A stretch of DNA of 64,000 nt. Origin: Patescibacteria group bacterium (lineage in GTDB: Bacteria; Patescibacteriota; Microgenomatia; UBA10105; UBA927). The translations under genes were made by a program, and so were the position numbers. Below are positions 13,512-23,584 of this stretch, in pieces; positions within the stretch are counted from its first letter, which is position 1; each line of letters opens with the position of its first letter. Below the pieces are notes generated by a model, which did no database searches, was not told the origin of the DNA, and saw only the letters and a program-made list of their open reading frames with translations. The DNA lies in the NCBI GenBank assembly GCA_049322955.1, contig JBMOPU010000012.1:311032-375031 (forward strand), in the 5' to 3' direction.

Positions 13512-14474
13512 ATGAAACAAAAACAACTTCTTTCCATTACTGATCTTTCCCGCCGGGATATCCTGGATATCTTGGCGATTGCCGCAAAGCTGAAGCGACA
13601 GCTCAAGAAAACCGGCAAAAATCGTCCGGTGCTGAAAGGAAAAACACTGATACACATTTATGAGAAGCCGAGTCTACGGACGCACGCATCATTTGATATC
13701 GGTATGTTTCAGCTCGGAGGGCATGCCCTGTATTTGGGACCCGAGCATATCGGATTAGGCGTGCGCGAGCCTGTGGAACATGCCGCAAATGTCTTGTCCC
13801 GTATGGGCAACGTTATTATGGCGCGGGTCTATCGTCATGAGACCGTGACGGAACTTGCCGAGCATTCGCTCGTTCCCGTCATCAACGGACTTTCCGACCG
13901 TGAGCACCCGTGCCAGATCCTTGCTGATCTTATGACCATGGTCGAACACAAGAAACGCCTGACCGGTCTTCGTGTCGCATTTATAGGGGACGGGGAAAAC
14001 AACGTCACCCATTCGCTTGCTCTTGCCTGCGGCTTATTAGGGATGCATTTCGTTGCCGCCAGTCCTAAAGGATACAAAATGAACAAAACCATATCAGAAA
14101 TGGCAAAAAAACTGGCCGCAACGTATGGGGGGTCAGTTACCGAAGTGGTCGATCCCGTTGCCGCGGTGAAAGATGCCGACGTCGTCTATACCGATACCTG
14201 GATTTCCATGGGAGACGAAAAACAGAAAAAAACCCGGCTTTCCGCATTTGCCAAATATCAGGTCAACGATCGCCTGATGCATAAAGCCAAGCCTGATGCG
14301 ATTTTTATGCACGATATGCCCGCTTATCTTGAAAATGAGGTAACGCCATCGGTATTTAACGGCGTGCAATCCGTGGTATATGATCAAGCGGAGAATCGAT
14401 TGCATGCACAAAAAGGGCTCCTGGTGTTTTTGCTCAGGGGAAAATCGGGAAAGAAGGAAAAGAAGAAGGGATGA
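13512..14474 (+). CDS. argF: Ornithine carbamoyltransferase
   Basis: KPSLRT, HPCQILAD and DTWISMG (SMG loop); HDMPA replaces the usual HCLPA. Confidence 0.88.
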   Translation: MKQKQLLSITDLSRRDILDILAIAAKLKRQLKKTGKNRPVLKGKTLIHIYEKPSLRTHASFDIGMFQLGGHALYLGPEHIGLGVREPVEHAANVLSRMGNVIMARVYRHETVTELAEHSLVPVINGLSDREHPCQILADLMTMVEHKKRLTGLRVAFIGDGENNVTHSLALACGLLGMHFVAASPKGYKMNKTISEMAKKLAATYGGSVTEVVDPVAAVKDADVVYTDTWISMGDEKQKKTRLSAFAKYQVNDRLMHKAKPDAIFMHDMPAYLENEVTPSVFNGVQSVVYDQAENRLHAQKGLLVFLLRGKSGKKEKKKG

Positions 14475-14533
14475 CGGTGTGTATATGGTTTGCCGAAAAT
14501 CTCGCCAAAGGGGGGCGTGATAGAATATATTCT

Positions 14534-16384
14534 ATGAAACTTGCACTGGAACAATTATTTACCAAGGTACTTGCCACTATGGACGTTGTCGATGTCCCTC
14601 CCGCGGTTATGGCAACCGAAGACGCAACGCTCGGCGACTACACCACCAATGTTGCCCTGCGACTTGCAAAACCGCTGAAAAAATCTCCGAAAGACGTTGC
14701 ACTACAGGTTAAAAACATTCTTGATTCGGCAATTAAAGCGGTTAGGCACGATGATGGTGATCATAATATGTCAGATAGCAATCAAAATAGTGCATGGATA
14801 CCGGAGATGAAAAGCGTGCTACAGGATATTGATAGGATAGAGGTGGCGGGTCCGGGCTTTCTCAACCTCTTTGTGACCGAAGCAAGCCTAAGCACTTCAG
14901 TAAATCGAGTGCTAAAAGATGGGGAGCGCTATGGAACAAGCTCCGCAGGTACTCACCCTCAGGCGGGCAGGCAACAACCTATCGTGTTGAAGCTGGACGG
15001 TATCGCAAACCCCGGTCCGAAGCGGGTCATGGTAGAGTTTGCGCATCCCAATACGCACAAAGCCTTCCACATCGGTCATTTGCGCAATATAACGACCGGA
15101 GAGAGTCTGGTGCGACTCCTTGAAGCTACCGGGCACGAAGTGGTGCGCGCCAATTATCAAGGTGATGTGGGGATGCATATTGCCAAATGCCTTTGGGCGA
15201 TGACGCACTTAGCCGATTGCAATCCGGACTCCGTGCGCGGCAAGGAAATTCATGTCCGGGTTGAGTTTTTGGGGAAGGCATATGCCGCGGGAAGTACCCG
15301 CTATGAAACGGATGAAACGGTAAAAAAAGAAACGGGCGACATCAACAAGCAAATTTATGCCAAGGATCCGGTTATCTACCCTCTCTATCAGGAAACACGG
15401 TCATGGAGCCTTGAATATTTTGACGGGATATATAAGCGGGTCGGCACACACTATGATCGGTTCTACTTTGAGAGTGAGTTTTACGAGAAAGGGAAAGCAT
15501 TTGTGGCAGACGGGGTAAAAAAGGGGATTTTTGTCGAAAGTGACGGGGCAATCATTTTCCCGGGAGAAAAATACGGCCTGCATAATCGGGTATTTATCAC
15601 CAAAGAAGGGAACGCCACGTACGAAGGGAAGGAAATCGGGTTGGGGAGGGCACAGTTTGATGAATATCAGCCCGACCTTGTCATGCATGTGGTGGGTCCT
15701 GAACAGGCAGGATATTTCCAGGTGTTATTTGCGGCACTTGCCCGTATGTTCCCCGATACCGAAGGAAAGGAATATCATAAAAAATACGGTTGGGTGAAAT
15801 TAAAGCACGGCAAAATGAGTAGCCGCACCGGGCAGGTGGTACTGGGGGAATGGTTACTTGATGAGGCAAAGAAATCAATCTATGAGATACTAAAACAAAA
15901 TAAATCAAAATATACCAAAGAAGAACAGGATGACATTGCCGAAAAAGGGGCGATTGCCGCGGTGAAATATGCGTTTCTGCGCGTGGGCACCGATCAGGAA
16001 ATTGCGTTTGATCTCAAGGAATCCGTCGCGTTTGACGGAGACTCCGGTCCGTATCTTCTGTATTCATATGCCCGCTGTAACAGTGTGTTGAAAAAAGCGG
16101 GAAGTAACGGCAGTATTGCCGCGGACACGGTGTTCAACACTGAGGAACGCGCTCTTGCGCGATTTTTGAGCTTTTTTCCCGATCTGGTCTCCGATGCCGC
16201 CGCGAACCTATCACCCAATATACTGTGCACCTATTTATATAGGCTGACCTCGTTGTTTAATGTGTTCTACCAGAAGCATCCGATAGCCGAAACACCGCAT
16301 CGCTTAGCACTTACGGCGGCGTGTGCCCAAGTGGTACATAACGGATTATCCCTTTTGGGTATTTCGACGGTAGAGAGGATGTAA
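14534..16384 (+). CDS. argS: Arginine--tRNA ligase
   Basis: GDYTTNVA, VAGPGFLN, HPNTHKAFHIGHLRN, KMSSRTG, DSGPYLLYSYAR. Start placed 7 nt after TAGAAT. Confidence 0.96.
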   Translation: MKLALEQLFTKVLATMDVVDVPPAVMATEDATLGDYTTNVALRLAKPLKKSPKDVALQVKNILDSAIKAVRHDDGDHNMSDSNQNSAWIPEMKSVLQDIDRIEVAGPGFLNLFVTEASLSTSVNRVLKDGERYGTSSAGTHPQAGRQQPIVLKLDGIANPGPKRVMVEFAHPNTHKAFHIGHLRNITTGESLVRLLEATGHEVVRANYQGDVGMHIAKCLWAMTHLADCNPDSVRGKEIHVRVEFLGKAYAAGSTRYETDETVKKETGDINKQIYAKDPVIYPLYQETRSWSLEYFDGIYKRVGTHYDRFYFESEFYEKGKAFVADGVKKGIFVESDGAIIFPGEKYGLHNRVFITKEGNATYEGKEIGLGRAQFDEYQPDLVMHVVGPEQAGYFQVLFAALARMFPDTEGKEYHKKYGWVKLKHGKMSSRTGQVVLGEWLLDEAKKSIYEILKQNKSKYTKEEQDDIAEKGAIAAVKYAFLRVGTDQEIAFDLKESVAFDGDSGPYLLYSYARCNSVLKKAGSNGSIAADTVFNTEERALARFLSFFPDLVSDAAANLSPNILCTYLYRLTSLFNVFYQKHPIAETPHRLALTAACAQVVHNGLSLLGISTVERM

Positions 16385-16389
16385 GCACA

Positions 16390-16716
16390 TTATTGCTTCG
16401 CAGGAACGGCAACCGTTATACCAAACTGGTCGGCGAGCCCCGTAGAAAGAATTTTTCCCCGTACGGTTTCATGCATGCCTGCAAATTGCACTTCGGTAAA
16501 TCCTGCGGCCAAGGCTTCTGATCTTGCATGGAGGAGAGCAGACAATCCCGTATTGTTTATCGTTTCGTAACGGCTGATATCAATCGTGAGAGTTTCGCGC
16601 CTCTCCATCGGGGTTTCCTTGATAAGACGACGGAGTTTATCGTTTAGCGTACGGCGTAAGACATCTACATTCGCATTCGTGATACTGCGATGCCGTAACT
16701 CGGGGATGATCATCAC
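16390..16716 (-). CDS. STAS-domain (anti-sigma factor antagonist-like) protein
   Basis: IDISRYETINNTGLSALL...VRGKILSTGL matches the STAS pattern. Confidence 0.6.
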   Translation of the reverse strand: MMIIPELRHRSITNANVDVLRRTLNDKLRRLIKETPMERRETLTIDISRYETINNTGLSALLHARSEALAAGFTEVQFAGMHETVRGKILSTGLADQFGITVAVPAKQ

Positions 16717-16811
16717 GGGCTATTATAGGGCGCAAGGCCGATATGTCAACTCAGTCATACATATCGCCGATGCATTGCAGGAGCATATACGGAGGTATAT
16801 TGTGAGGCTGA

Positions 16812-17300
16812 ATGTCGAATACTCACCTCCCGTTGCCATGTCAGCGTTTGCAACAGATTGATGCTTCCGTGTGTAATCGTAAGGAAGGATGCGGTTTTCC
16901 CTTGGGTCAGACCGGTTGTTTTACGCGTTTGTTGGCGGAGCACCGGGGGGCTCTCGGAAGATTGCTCCCGACGGGATACCGGGCTTGGGATGAAGGAAGT
17001 AACGGAAAAAAGCGCGTTTTGATCGCATCCCCCTTATTCCACGAGCCGCTCCCTGATTGTGCGGAAGCGGATGATTTATCGTTGGCTATCGCCGGTACAA
17101 AAGCGGTAAATAATGCCGCCCGTTCAATTAGAACGCTCTTGCATACTCATGGATCAAACGGAAGAAACGGCGGCGGTGCAGAAGACGTGGAAGGCGATGA
17201 GGATAGGCCGGAACGGGCGAGAACGTTTTATGGCGTATCGGTAATGGAAGTCGAAGATGATGCGCGTCGCAAGGTTGGGAAGGAAATGCTCGGGGAATAA
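16812..17300 (+). CDS. Hypothetical protein (Cys-containing N-terminus)
   Basis: 162-aa ORF only. Confidence 0.5.
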   Translation: MSNTHLPLPCQRLQQIDASVCNRKEGCGFPLGQTGCFTRLLAEHRGALGRLLPTGYRAWDEGSNGKKRVLIASPLFHEPLPDCAEADDLSLAIAGTKAVNNAARSIRTLLHTHGSNGRNGGGAEDVEGDEDRPERARTFYGVSVMEVEDDARRKVGKEMLGE

Positions 17301-17475
17301 AATCTTACCAGCTGGCTATGTGCTATCCCGACGACCCCTGTTTTGGAGATAACCGCACTTTTCACACAAGCCTCCTATTTTGTTTTGGGATTACACAGTA
17401 CCACGGAAAAAAATCCCGTGGTTTGTACGATTCTTCACAAAAAAATAATGATAATTATGGTATTTTTATACGCCT

Positions 17476-17946
17476 ATGGCATGGACCGACAAAGAAGAGA
17501 AATCCTGGTTTGAGCAATGGTGGCGGTATCATCATCCGCAGTCACAGGAACTGGATGCCGTGCATGAGCGTAAGGCGCGGTTTCGCGGTTTTTGGGGCAA
17601 TGCTTCCCGTTTGTTTCCCCGTCACACCCCCCGGCCGGGGTCCCGATGGCTCAGTGCCCGTCAGGCCGAAGCGGTAGAGTCGTGGTTTGAAGAGCACGAC
17701 ATCCTGACGCATTGTCCCGTTCCGGGGAGAAAAGGATTAACTCCTGCAGTCGGCACTACTGAGGTAACGGTGGCGGAAGGCAACGGGGAACCTGTGGTGT
17801 TTTCTGCCCAGCAAGCCGATAAGATAACTGCCGAAGCGGTGCTTTCATTCGGGAAGAAAATGCGCAGTATGATCGGTACAACCAATTTTCGCAGGCTTCA
17901 ACAGGGGAGCGTCCGTCAACGTGAAGAGGATGAAGTGGGATTTTGA
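17476..17946 (+). CDS. Hypothetical protein
   Basis: 156-aa ORF after an AT-rich promoter-like tract. Confidence 0.55.
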   Translation: MAWTDKEEKSWFEQWWRYHHPQSQELDAVHERKARFRGFWGNASRLFPRHTPRPGSRWLSARQAEAVESWFEEHDILTHCPVPGRKGLTPAVGTTEVTVAEGNGEPVVFSAQQADKITAEAVLSFGKKMRSMIGTTNFRRLQQGSVRQREEDEVGF

Positions 17947-18013
17947 TGCCATACCGCTCTTTCAGTTGCCCCACAAAGCCGTTGGTGTATTGAAGTCGTG
18001 GAAAATATTGCCC

Positions 18014-18271
18014 TCACATCCCGCACGGAGCCTGGTCTAACTGTTCGGGCTTCGCATGTCCGTCTTTTCCGATGAGGTGACAAAAGTTGTTGTTGCCGTC
18101 TCCTGAGGTTGCGTCGATGTGGAAAAGGTGACTGCACCAGTGTGATCCACCCTCAGGGGGAGGATTACACCGGGCTTTTCCATTAGCAAGGCAGAGCTTT
18201 ATAGTCCTTCGGGGATCCATTCCGATGGGATGGTCTATAGTCACGGTAATCGGCTGAGTTTCTCCGGCCAT
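18014..18271 (-). CDS. Small Cys/His-containing hypothetical protein
   Basis: MAGETQ start 6 nt after TATAAT. Confidence 0.5.
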   Translation of the reverse strand: MAGETQPITVTIDHPIGMDPRRTIKLCLANGKARCNPPPEGGSHWCSHLFHIDATSGDGNNNFCHLIGKDGHAKPEQLDQAPCGM

Positions 18272-18483
18272 GTGATTATTATAGGATATATTGCCGTCAA
18301 ATGCAAGAGAAAATGTCCGCAGAAGAGGTGAGAGGGAGGGAAGCAGTCGTGGTGTTGAGCTCGGCGAAATATTTCGGCACAACCATTCAGTTGCGTGCTC
18401 ATACAGGGAAGGGTTAGTCCGTTAGGGACGATTATCGGTTTAGAAAATGCCTTTCCCTGTCCTGAAAAAAGAAAAAGATGCCG

Positions 18484-19728
18484 TTACCACCCCATGATTT
18501 GACCGATAAGCCCCAGTGATGAGGCAATGACGATAACTACCGCGCTTCCTGCAAGTAACCAATTCTGTGCCTTGTTATTGACGTGCGTGCCCATAATCGC
18601 TTCGTTGTTGGCAAACTGGTAGAGAAAAAAGAAAATGACCGGAAGGATTGATCCGTTGATGAAGTTGGCCGCAAGGGTAATCGTGAAGAGTGAAACATTC
18701 GGCAGAAGTGCTATGACGGTGCCGATGAGCAGTTGAATCAGGAGCGTTGTATAAAACAATTTGCTTTTTCTCAATGTTTCGTCCAGTGATCCCGAATAGC
18801 CGAAAAATTCTGAGAAGGCGTAGGCGGTAGTAAGTGCGACGATGACGCATCCGAGCATTCCCGCAAACAAAAGGCCCGCGCCGAACAGAATACCCGCAAA
18901 ATCCCCGGCAAACGGGCGGATTGCCATTGCGGCCCCCGCCGCATCGGTAATCTGGATACGATGGGTGAATATCGTTGCCGCAACGGCAACCATAATGAAG
19001 AACGACAAGAGGTCGGTGATGATCGCGCCGACATATACTTCCAGTCGGCTGTATTTAAGTTGCTCGACGGTCAGACGCTTATCTTTCATGTATGAGTTGA
19101 TGAAAAACTGTCCCCACGCGGTGATCGTCGTTCCGATGACCGCAATACCGGTATAGAGAAGTTTCGGGGACAATTCGCCCGACGGGATAGCAAGCGATTG
19201 CACGGCAAGGGGCCAATCCGGTTTCGCCATAAATGCCGAGGCAACATAGGTACCGTAAAAAGCGATAAGCACAAAGAAGAACCGTTCGACGATGCTATAT
19301 GAAGCAAGCGCGACGAACAGAAATAACCCGACGATAATCGCCGGCAGAAATGCGTACGGATTCAGTCCGAAGAGAATAAGTGCCGATTTGAGACCCGCCA
19401 CATTCATCACAACAACGGCGAGATTGACGAAAAATAATAAGCCATACATAAGCAATGCGACCCGTACGCCGTACCGTTCCCGGATAAGGTCGGCAAGACC
19501 TTTCTCCGCGACGATGGCGATACGCGCGCCGATTTCCTGTGTTACCGCAAGAAGAATCGTCATCGGAACGAGGATAATGAAGATCTGGTACCCGAAGGTG
19601 GCCGCCGCCATCGTGTACGTCGACACACCCGCGGCATCATTATCGGCGACCGCGGTAATAATGCCCGGCCCGATGATGGTGAGGGCAAGCAGAATGCGGC
19701 GTTTCCAGTTGTCGAACCAGTAGTGCAT
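18484..19728 (-). CDS. NRAMP-family divalent metal transporter (Mg-type clade)
   Basis: GPGIITAVADNDAAG, QEIGAR and IGTTITAW; about 11 TMs; follows an MgtE/CBS gene. Confidence 0.88.
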   Translation of the reverse strand: MHYWFDNWKRRILLALTIIGPGIITAVADNDAAGVSTYTMAAATFGYQIFIILVPMTILLAVTQEIGARIAIVAEKGLADLIRERYGVRVALLMYGLLFFVNLAVVVMNVAGLKSALILFGLNPYAFLPAIIVGLFLFVALASYSIVERFFFVLIAFYGTYVASAFMAKPDWPLAVQSLAIPSGELSPKLLYTGIAVIGTTITAWGQFFINSYMKDKRLTVEQLKYSRLEVYVGAIITDLLSFFIMVAVAATIFTHRIQITDAAGAAMAIRPFAGDFAGILFGAGLLFAGMLGCVIVALTTAYAFSEFFGYSGSLDETLRKSKLFYTTLLIQLLIGTVIALLPNVSLFTITLAANFINGSILPVIFFFLYQFANNEAIMGTHVNNKAQNWLLAGSAVVIVIASSLGLIGQIMGW

Positions 19729-19733
19729 AGGTA

Positions 19734-20942
19734 TTAGGTAAATCGTTCCTGCATACTTTCCACAAGATCGTCGATGGTTACTATTCCCAACAGCCCTCTC
19801 CGGTCATTGATGATCGGCAAGCTATAAATTTTATACTTGATCATTTTTTTCATGGCAATCTCCGGAGGAGTCGTGAGATATACGGCAACAACGTTGGGAA
19901 TCATGAATTTATACATCGGGGTTTCCCCATCTGCCATTAGCAACTCATGCAGATTACATACCCCCACGAGTTCTTTTTTCTTATTGATGACATATATGTA
20001 GGTAAGCGGGGTAGCCAGTGTCGTGTCGCGCTTCATGCGGCGCCGAACCGAGGCCGCGGTTTCTTCCGGTTCCGCGGTGAAAAATTCCGTGGTAGCCAAC
20101 GATCCGATATCCGTCGTCGAAAGGTTTAACAGGTAATCGATCCGCTCTTTAGCGTCCGGAGTAAGGAGCGGGGTAATCATTGCTCGCCGGCGTTCGGAAA
20201 GGGTTAAGAGAATATCGACGGCCTCATCGGGATCGACAAGCGACAGAATGCTCGCCGCGTGTTTTGGTTGGATACTCCGCAACAGTTCCCGTTGTCTGCT
20301 CACATTGAGGTTTTGAATCACTTCGGCTTCGTATTCGTTGGGCAACAGATCAAGAATTCGGCGGAGGTTTTTGACGGACAACCGTTCCAGATGGTCGGCC
20401 AAGTCTTCGGGGGCGAGTTTTGTAAGCTTGTCTTCTTCACGCTTGAGCTGAACTTTCCCCCGGGAAAGTTCAATCGGTTGGATATTTTCCCACGGGAGAA
20501 AATCACTCCGCAGACTTGTGCCGAAACGCGATACCTGGCGGTTCAGCCACTGCTCCAGTTTGAGCCAGCGGGCTATTCCCAGTATGCCGACGTCGACACC
20601 GGCTATCACAAAATACGGCTTGTCCTGGATCACGACATCGTTGACCCGCACGACTTTATTGCCCTTAATATCGATAATCTGCTGGTCAAGCAAATGAATG
20701 CGGACGGAAAGTTCGTTTTCCGCGACTCCCACCGTCTCGTATCCCGGAGAGAGCGCAATGGTGTCGTTAATGGATCGCATGCTCGATACGGGAACCAGGA
20801 TGTGACCTACCTTCGTATCGATCCGAAGCTTTGTGATGAGCGGTTGATCGGTGGCAAGAAAGGCAAAATCGGTTAATTTCCCGATGGTTTTGCCGTCGGC
20901 ACTTACCACTTTCTTGTTTGCCAGTTCCGCAAAATACAACAT
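19734..20942 (-). CDS. PRC-barrel + MgtE N-terminal + CBS domain protein
   Basis: LLDQQIIDIKGNKVVRVND, PEDLADHL and GIVTIDD; no TM domain. Confidence 0.88.
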   Translation of the reverse strand: MLYFAELANKKVVSADGKTIGKLTDFAFLATDQPLITKLRIDTKVGHILVPVSSMRSINDTIALSPGYETVGVAENELSVRIHLLDQQIIDIKGNKVVRVNDVVIQDKPYFVIAGVDVGILGIARWLKLEQWLNRQVSRFGTSLRSDFLPWENIQPIELSRGKVQLKREEDKLTKLAPEDLADHLERLSVKNLRRILDLLPNEYEAEVIQNLNVSRQRELLRSIQPKHAASILSLVDPDEAVDILLTLSERRRAMITPLLTPDAKERIDYLLNLSTTDIGSLATTEFFTAEPEETAASVRRRMKRDTTLATPLTYIYVINKKKELVGVCNLHELLMADGETPMYKFMIPNVVAVYLTTPPEIAMKKMIKYKIYSLPIINDRRGLLGIVTIDDLVESMQERFT

Positions 20943-20993
20943 AGTTAGATTGTGATCCTTACGCTTGCGAGAAGTCAATAATCGTGTTCGGGC

Positions 20994-22013
20994 TTATGCG
21001 GGGGATTCTTCTTTTTCACGAAGAAGCGAGAGTACTCTGGCATGGATTTCGGGAGTACGACTGACGACAAACGGTATGCGGAACGAATCTCCCTCATGTC
21101 GTTCAATCATTCTTCGTATTCCTGCGGCAATAGCAAGCGGATTGCCGTCTTTGTCGGATACGGAAAATCCTAATTGTTCCGCCGCCTGGATCCAAATTGC
21201 CACTTCATACCAGGGATTGCCTTTAAACGGGTCGACCACGGCATCAATCGTGCCTTCGGCAAGTCCCAAAATGCTGTAGCCGCTCGTGCAGTCCATTGCC
21301 CAAATGCCCTCGTGTTCGGTAAAAAGGGGTAACTGACGCATTTTGTGCATGCGCCGGGTCAGTGTCGCTATCCGGAGCGGTCGGGGGGTATCGTTTGTTT
21401 CGTGTTGGTGTTGTGCATCGGCTTTAAAAGTACGCACGGTCCCGTTGTCATTTTCGATCAGGATAAAACCGTGGTCCACGAGACTGGCGATACCGACCGC
21501 TTGCACGATGCCGTTCCGGTCATAGACGGCGATACCGGTGGTTTGCACGCGATCTTTTTTCTGTATCGAACTGGTCATATCCAAGGGATCAATCACGGCA
21601 AAGCGCTTTCCCTCTTGTACCTGTCCGTCTTCTTCCTTTGCATTCTGCCATTTGGCGCTTTCTTCAGAACGGATCCATAAGCCCGGGATATCTGTGTTTT
21701 GCTCCGCGAGTTGTTCGGCAATAATGGTGCCGATCTCATCGATGCTTCGTTCGGGATTATACTCTTGACCTCCTATAGGCAGAAGAAAATCAGCGCCGAT
21801 TTTCTGCAGATCATCCAAAACAGGGTGGAGGAGTCCTCTTGTGGCTAACAGGTACGTGGCGACGAACTTTCCTTCGGGGGTTTTTGCCATTTCCGCCGAT
21901 TCGGCCTCTAACTTGGCGATGGCGATAGCCTCGGGCACGCGGCGGATGATGCTTTCAAACGTCATCTGCTCCGGCTCGATCATCGGGTGCAATCGCTCGG
22001 CATGAGAGTGCAT
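20994..22013 (-). CDS. Inositol monophosphatase/FIG superfamily-like protein (divergent)
   Basis: IRSEE...VIDPLDMT resembles the IMPase motif. Confidence 0.65.
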   Translation of the reverse strand: MHSHAERLHPMIEPEQMTFESIIRRVPEAIAIAKLEAESAEMAKTPEGKFVATYLLATRGLLHPVLDDLQKIGADFLLPIGGQEYNPERSIDEIGTIIAEQLAEQNTDIPGLWIRSEESAKWQNAKEEDGQVQEGKRFAVIDPLDMTSSIQKKDRVQTTGIAVYDRNGIVQAVGIASLVDHGFILIENDNGTVRTFKADAQHQHETNDTPRPLRIATLTRRMHKMRQLPLFTEHEGIWAMDCTSGYSILGLAEGTIDAVVDPFKGNPWYEVAIWIQAAEQLGFSVSDKDGNPLAIAAGIRRMIERHEGDSFRIPFVVSRTPEIHARVLSLLREKEESPA

Positions 22014-22093
22014 AAACGGATTATAGGCCTTAAATGGCCTATAATGCAAGTAGTATGATATGGTTTGAAATATTTGTGGCGCTTCGATCGGTA

Positions 22094-22417
22094 TCACGCC
22101 TCCGGGGAATCGATATCCGTATGGTGAACCTTGCCGCGGAGCGGTCGGGGATTTCCCTGGTGCCTGCGGGGTTCGCGGCTGTCACTTGTTGCTGAAGAGA
22201 GCAGGAGGGCTTCATCTGATACGGCAATAGTATGTCCGCGATCGGTTACCGTACAAAATCCGATATTCATTTGGGCGAGGTTACGTACCTGTTTCCAATG
22301 CACGCCGAACATTTTCGCTATGGCATCCGTGTCCAGCGTACAGCCTTGCTGGCTGGCAAGATACGCAAGTATTTGTTGGCTTTTTGACTGTTCCTTTTTC
22401 ATCGTTTGATATGCCAA
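22094..22417 (-). CDS. Small HTH-like hypothetical protein
   Basis: LDTDAIAKMFGVHWKQVRN resembles an HTH. Confidence 0.5.
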   Translation of the reverse strand: MAYQTMKKEQSKSQQILAYLASQQGCTLDTDAIAKMFGVHWKQVRNLAQMNIGFCTVTDRGHTIAVSDEALLLSSATSDSREPRRHQGNPRPLRGKVHHTDIDSPEA

Positions 22418-22719
22418 TTCCAGCGCTTTACGCCGTTTGACACACCTCTTCCGTCGCCGTTGTCCTTATCGGGTTTTACCCGGTGGGTATTGCTGATAAG
22501 TAGCGCATCGGGAACGACTTTTATTCTTCCGTTTTCAATATGTACCTGTCCGGTTTGTTCCTTGAGCATTTTTTCGAGCGTGAGCCGGTGTAATCCGGTC
22601 ATTTCACCCGCGGATTGGTAAAAAATCTCCAGATCCAACCCTTCCTGATCGCCTGCGTAATTTTGGAGAAGCGATAATACCAATCGCTTCATATATTTTG
22701 GTCCCGTTTCTTTGCTCAT
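22399..22719 (-). CDS. Small hypothetical protein, possible paralog of the adjacent ORF
   Basis: IKVVPDALLIS versus IAVSDEALLLS at an equivalent position. Confidence 0.5.
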   Translation of the reverse strand: MSKETGPKYMKRLVLSLLQNYAGDQEGLDLEIFYQSAGEMTGLHRLTLEKMLKEQTGQVHIENGRIKVVPDALLISNTHRVKPDKDNGDGRGVSNGVKRWNWHIKR

Positions 22720-22752
22720 AGATGAGAAAAGTATTATACTACAGGACGTATT

Positions 22753-23583
22753 ATGAGGCCAGAGAGGGAACAATCATCGCCGTCGACGCAAAAAAAAGAG
22801 AGTGTATCGGAACATCCGGTACGAGTTCAGCTTTGGCGTGCGTTGGAGCAGGCAACGCTTGAAAAGGAATACACCCCCGATAAAGAACGGCAAAAAACGG
22901 TATTTGACCGCATCAGCTGGGATACGTTCGTTGAAGAAATTGCCAAAGAATCAACCGGGACGGGTGAGGGAGCAGGGAAGCGGTTACGCGGGAAGCTTTT
23001 TGAAATGCTTATCCAGGCCGACCCGGCGTTCGGTCAACGCAGTGCGCTCGAAAAAGAACTTCTGGCGTTGGCGCACAACCCCGACGCATTCGGTTTGGGA
23101 CGGCTCCTGGGGCATCACCGAAATCCCGATATGGCATTTCTTCTGGTCCAAAAAGGAAACGGCGTGGAAATAACGGGCGTAGGGGAATCAAAGTTAGGGC
23201 TGTTAAATGAACGTTCCTATAAACAGCTTTCCGAAACGGGTTTTGCCCGCGGGGTAAAGGCGCTCGTTTCCGTCGTCAATACGCTACCTGATCCTGAACG
23301 CCACGGGTTAGTTGAAGTGGCAAAGGCAAGGAAAATAGTAGGGGAAAATACGCCGCTACTTACCGTTTCTCCCGAATTCACACAGCTGTTGGTGGTGCCG
23401 GCAAACCGTAATATTGCCTGGCATAGCAGTCTCATAAATCGCAAGGAATTTTCCATGGAAGGAAGACAGCGGTTCTATGAACTCTTAAGCGATATTCGCC
23501 ATATGCGTACGGCAAACGCGGCGTTTTCGACTGCAGAAGTGAGCGCAATGGCAAATGCGCTGAGGTCGGCAGACACGCACTGA
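22753..23583 (+). CDS. PD-(D/E)xK nuclease-like protein
   Basis: GKLFE...RNPDMAF...GVGESKLG motif order. Confidence 0.5.
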   Translation: MRPEREQSSPSTQKKESVSEHPVRVQLWRALEQATLEKEYTPDKERQKTVFDRISWDTFVEEIAKESTGTGEGAGKRLRGKLFEMLIQADPAFGQRSALEKELLALAHNPDAFGLGRLLGHHRNPDMAFLLVQKGNGVEITGVGESKLGLLNERSYKQLSETGFARGVKALVSVVNTLPDPERHGLVEVAKARKIVGENTPLLTVSPEFTQLLVVPANRNIAWHSSLINRKEFSMEGRQRFYELLSDIRHMRTANAAFSTAEVSAMANALRSADTH

Positions 23584-23584
23584 G

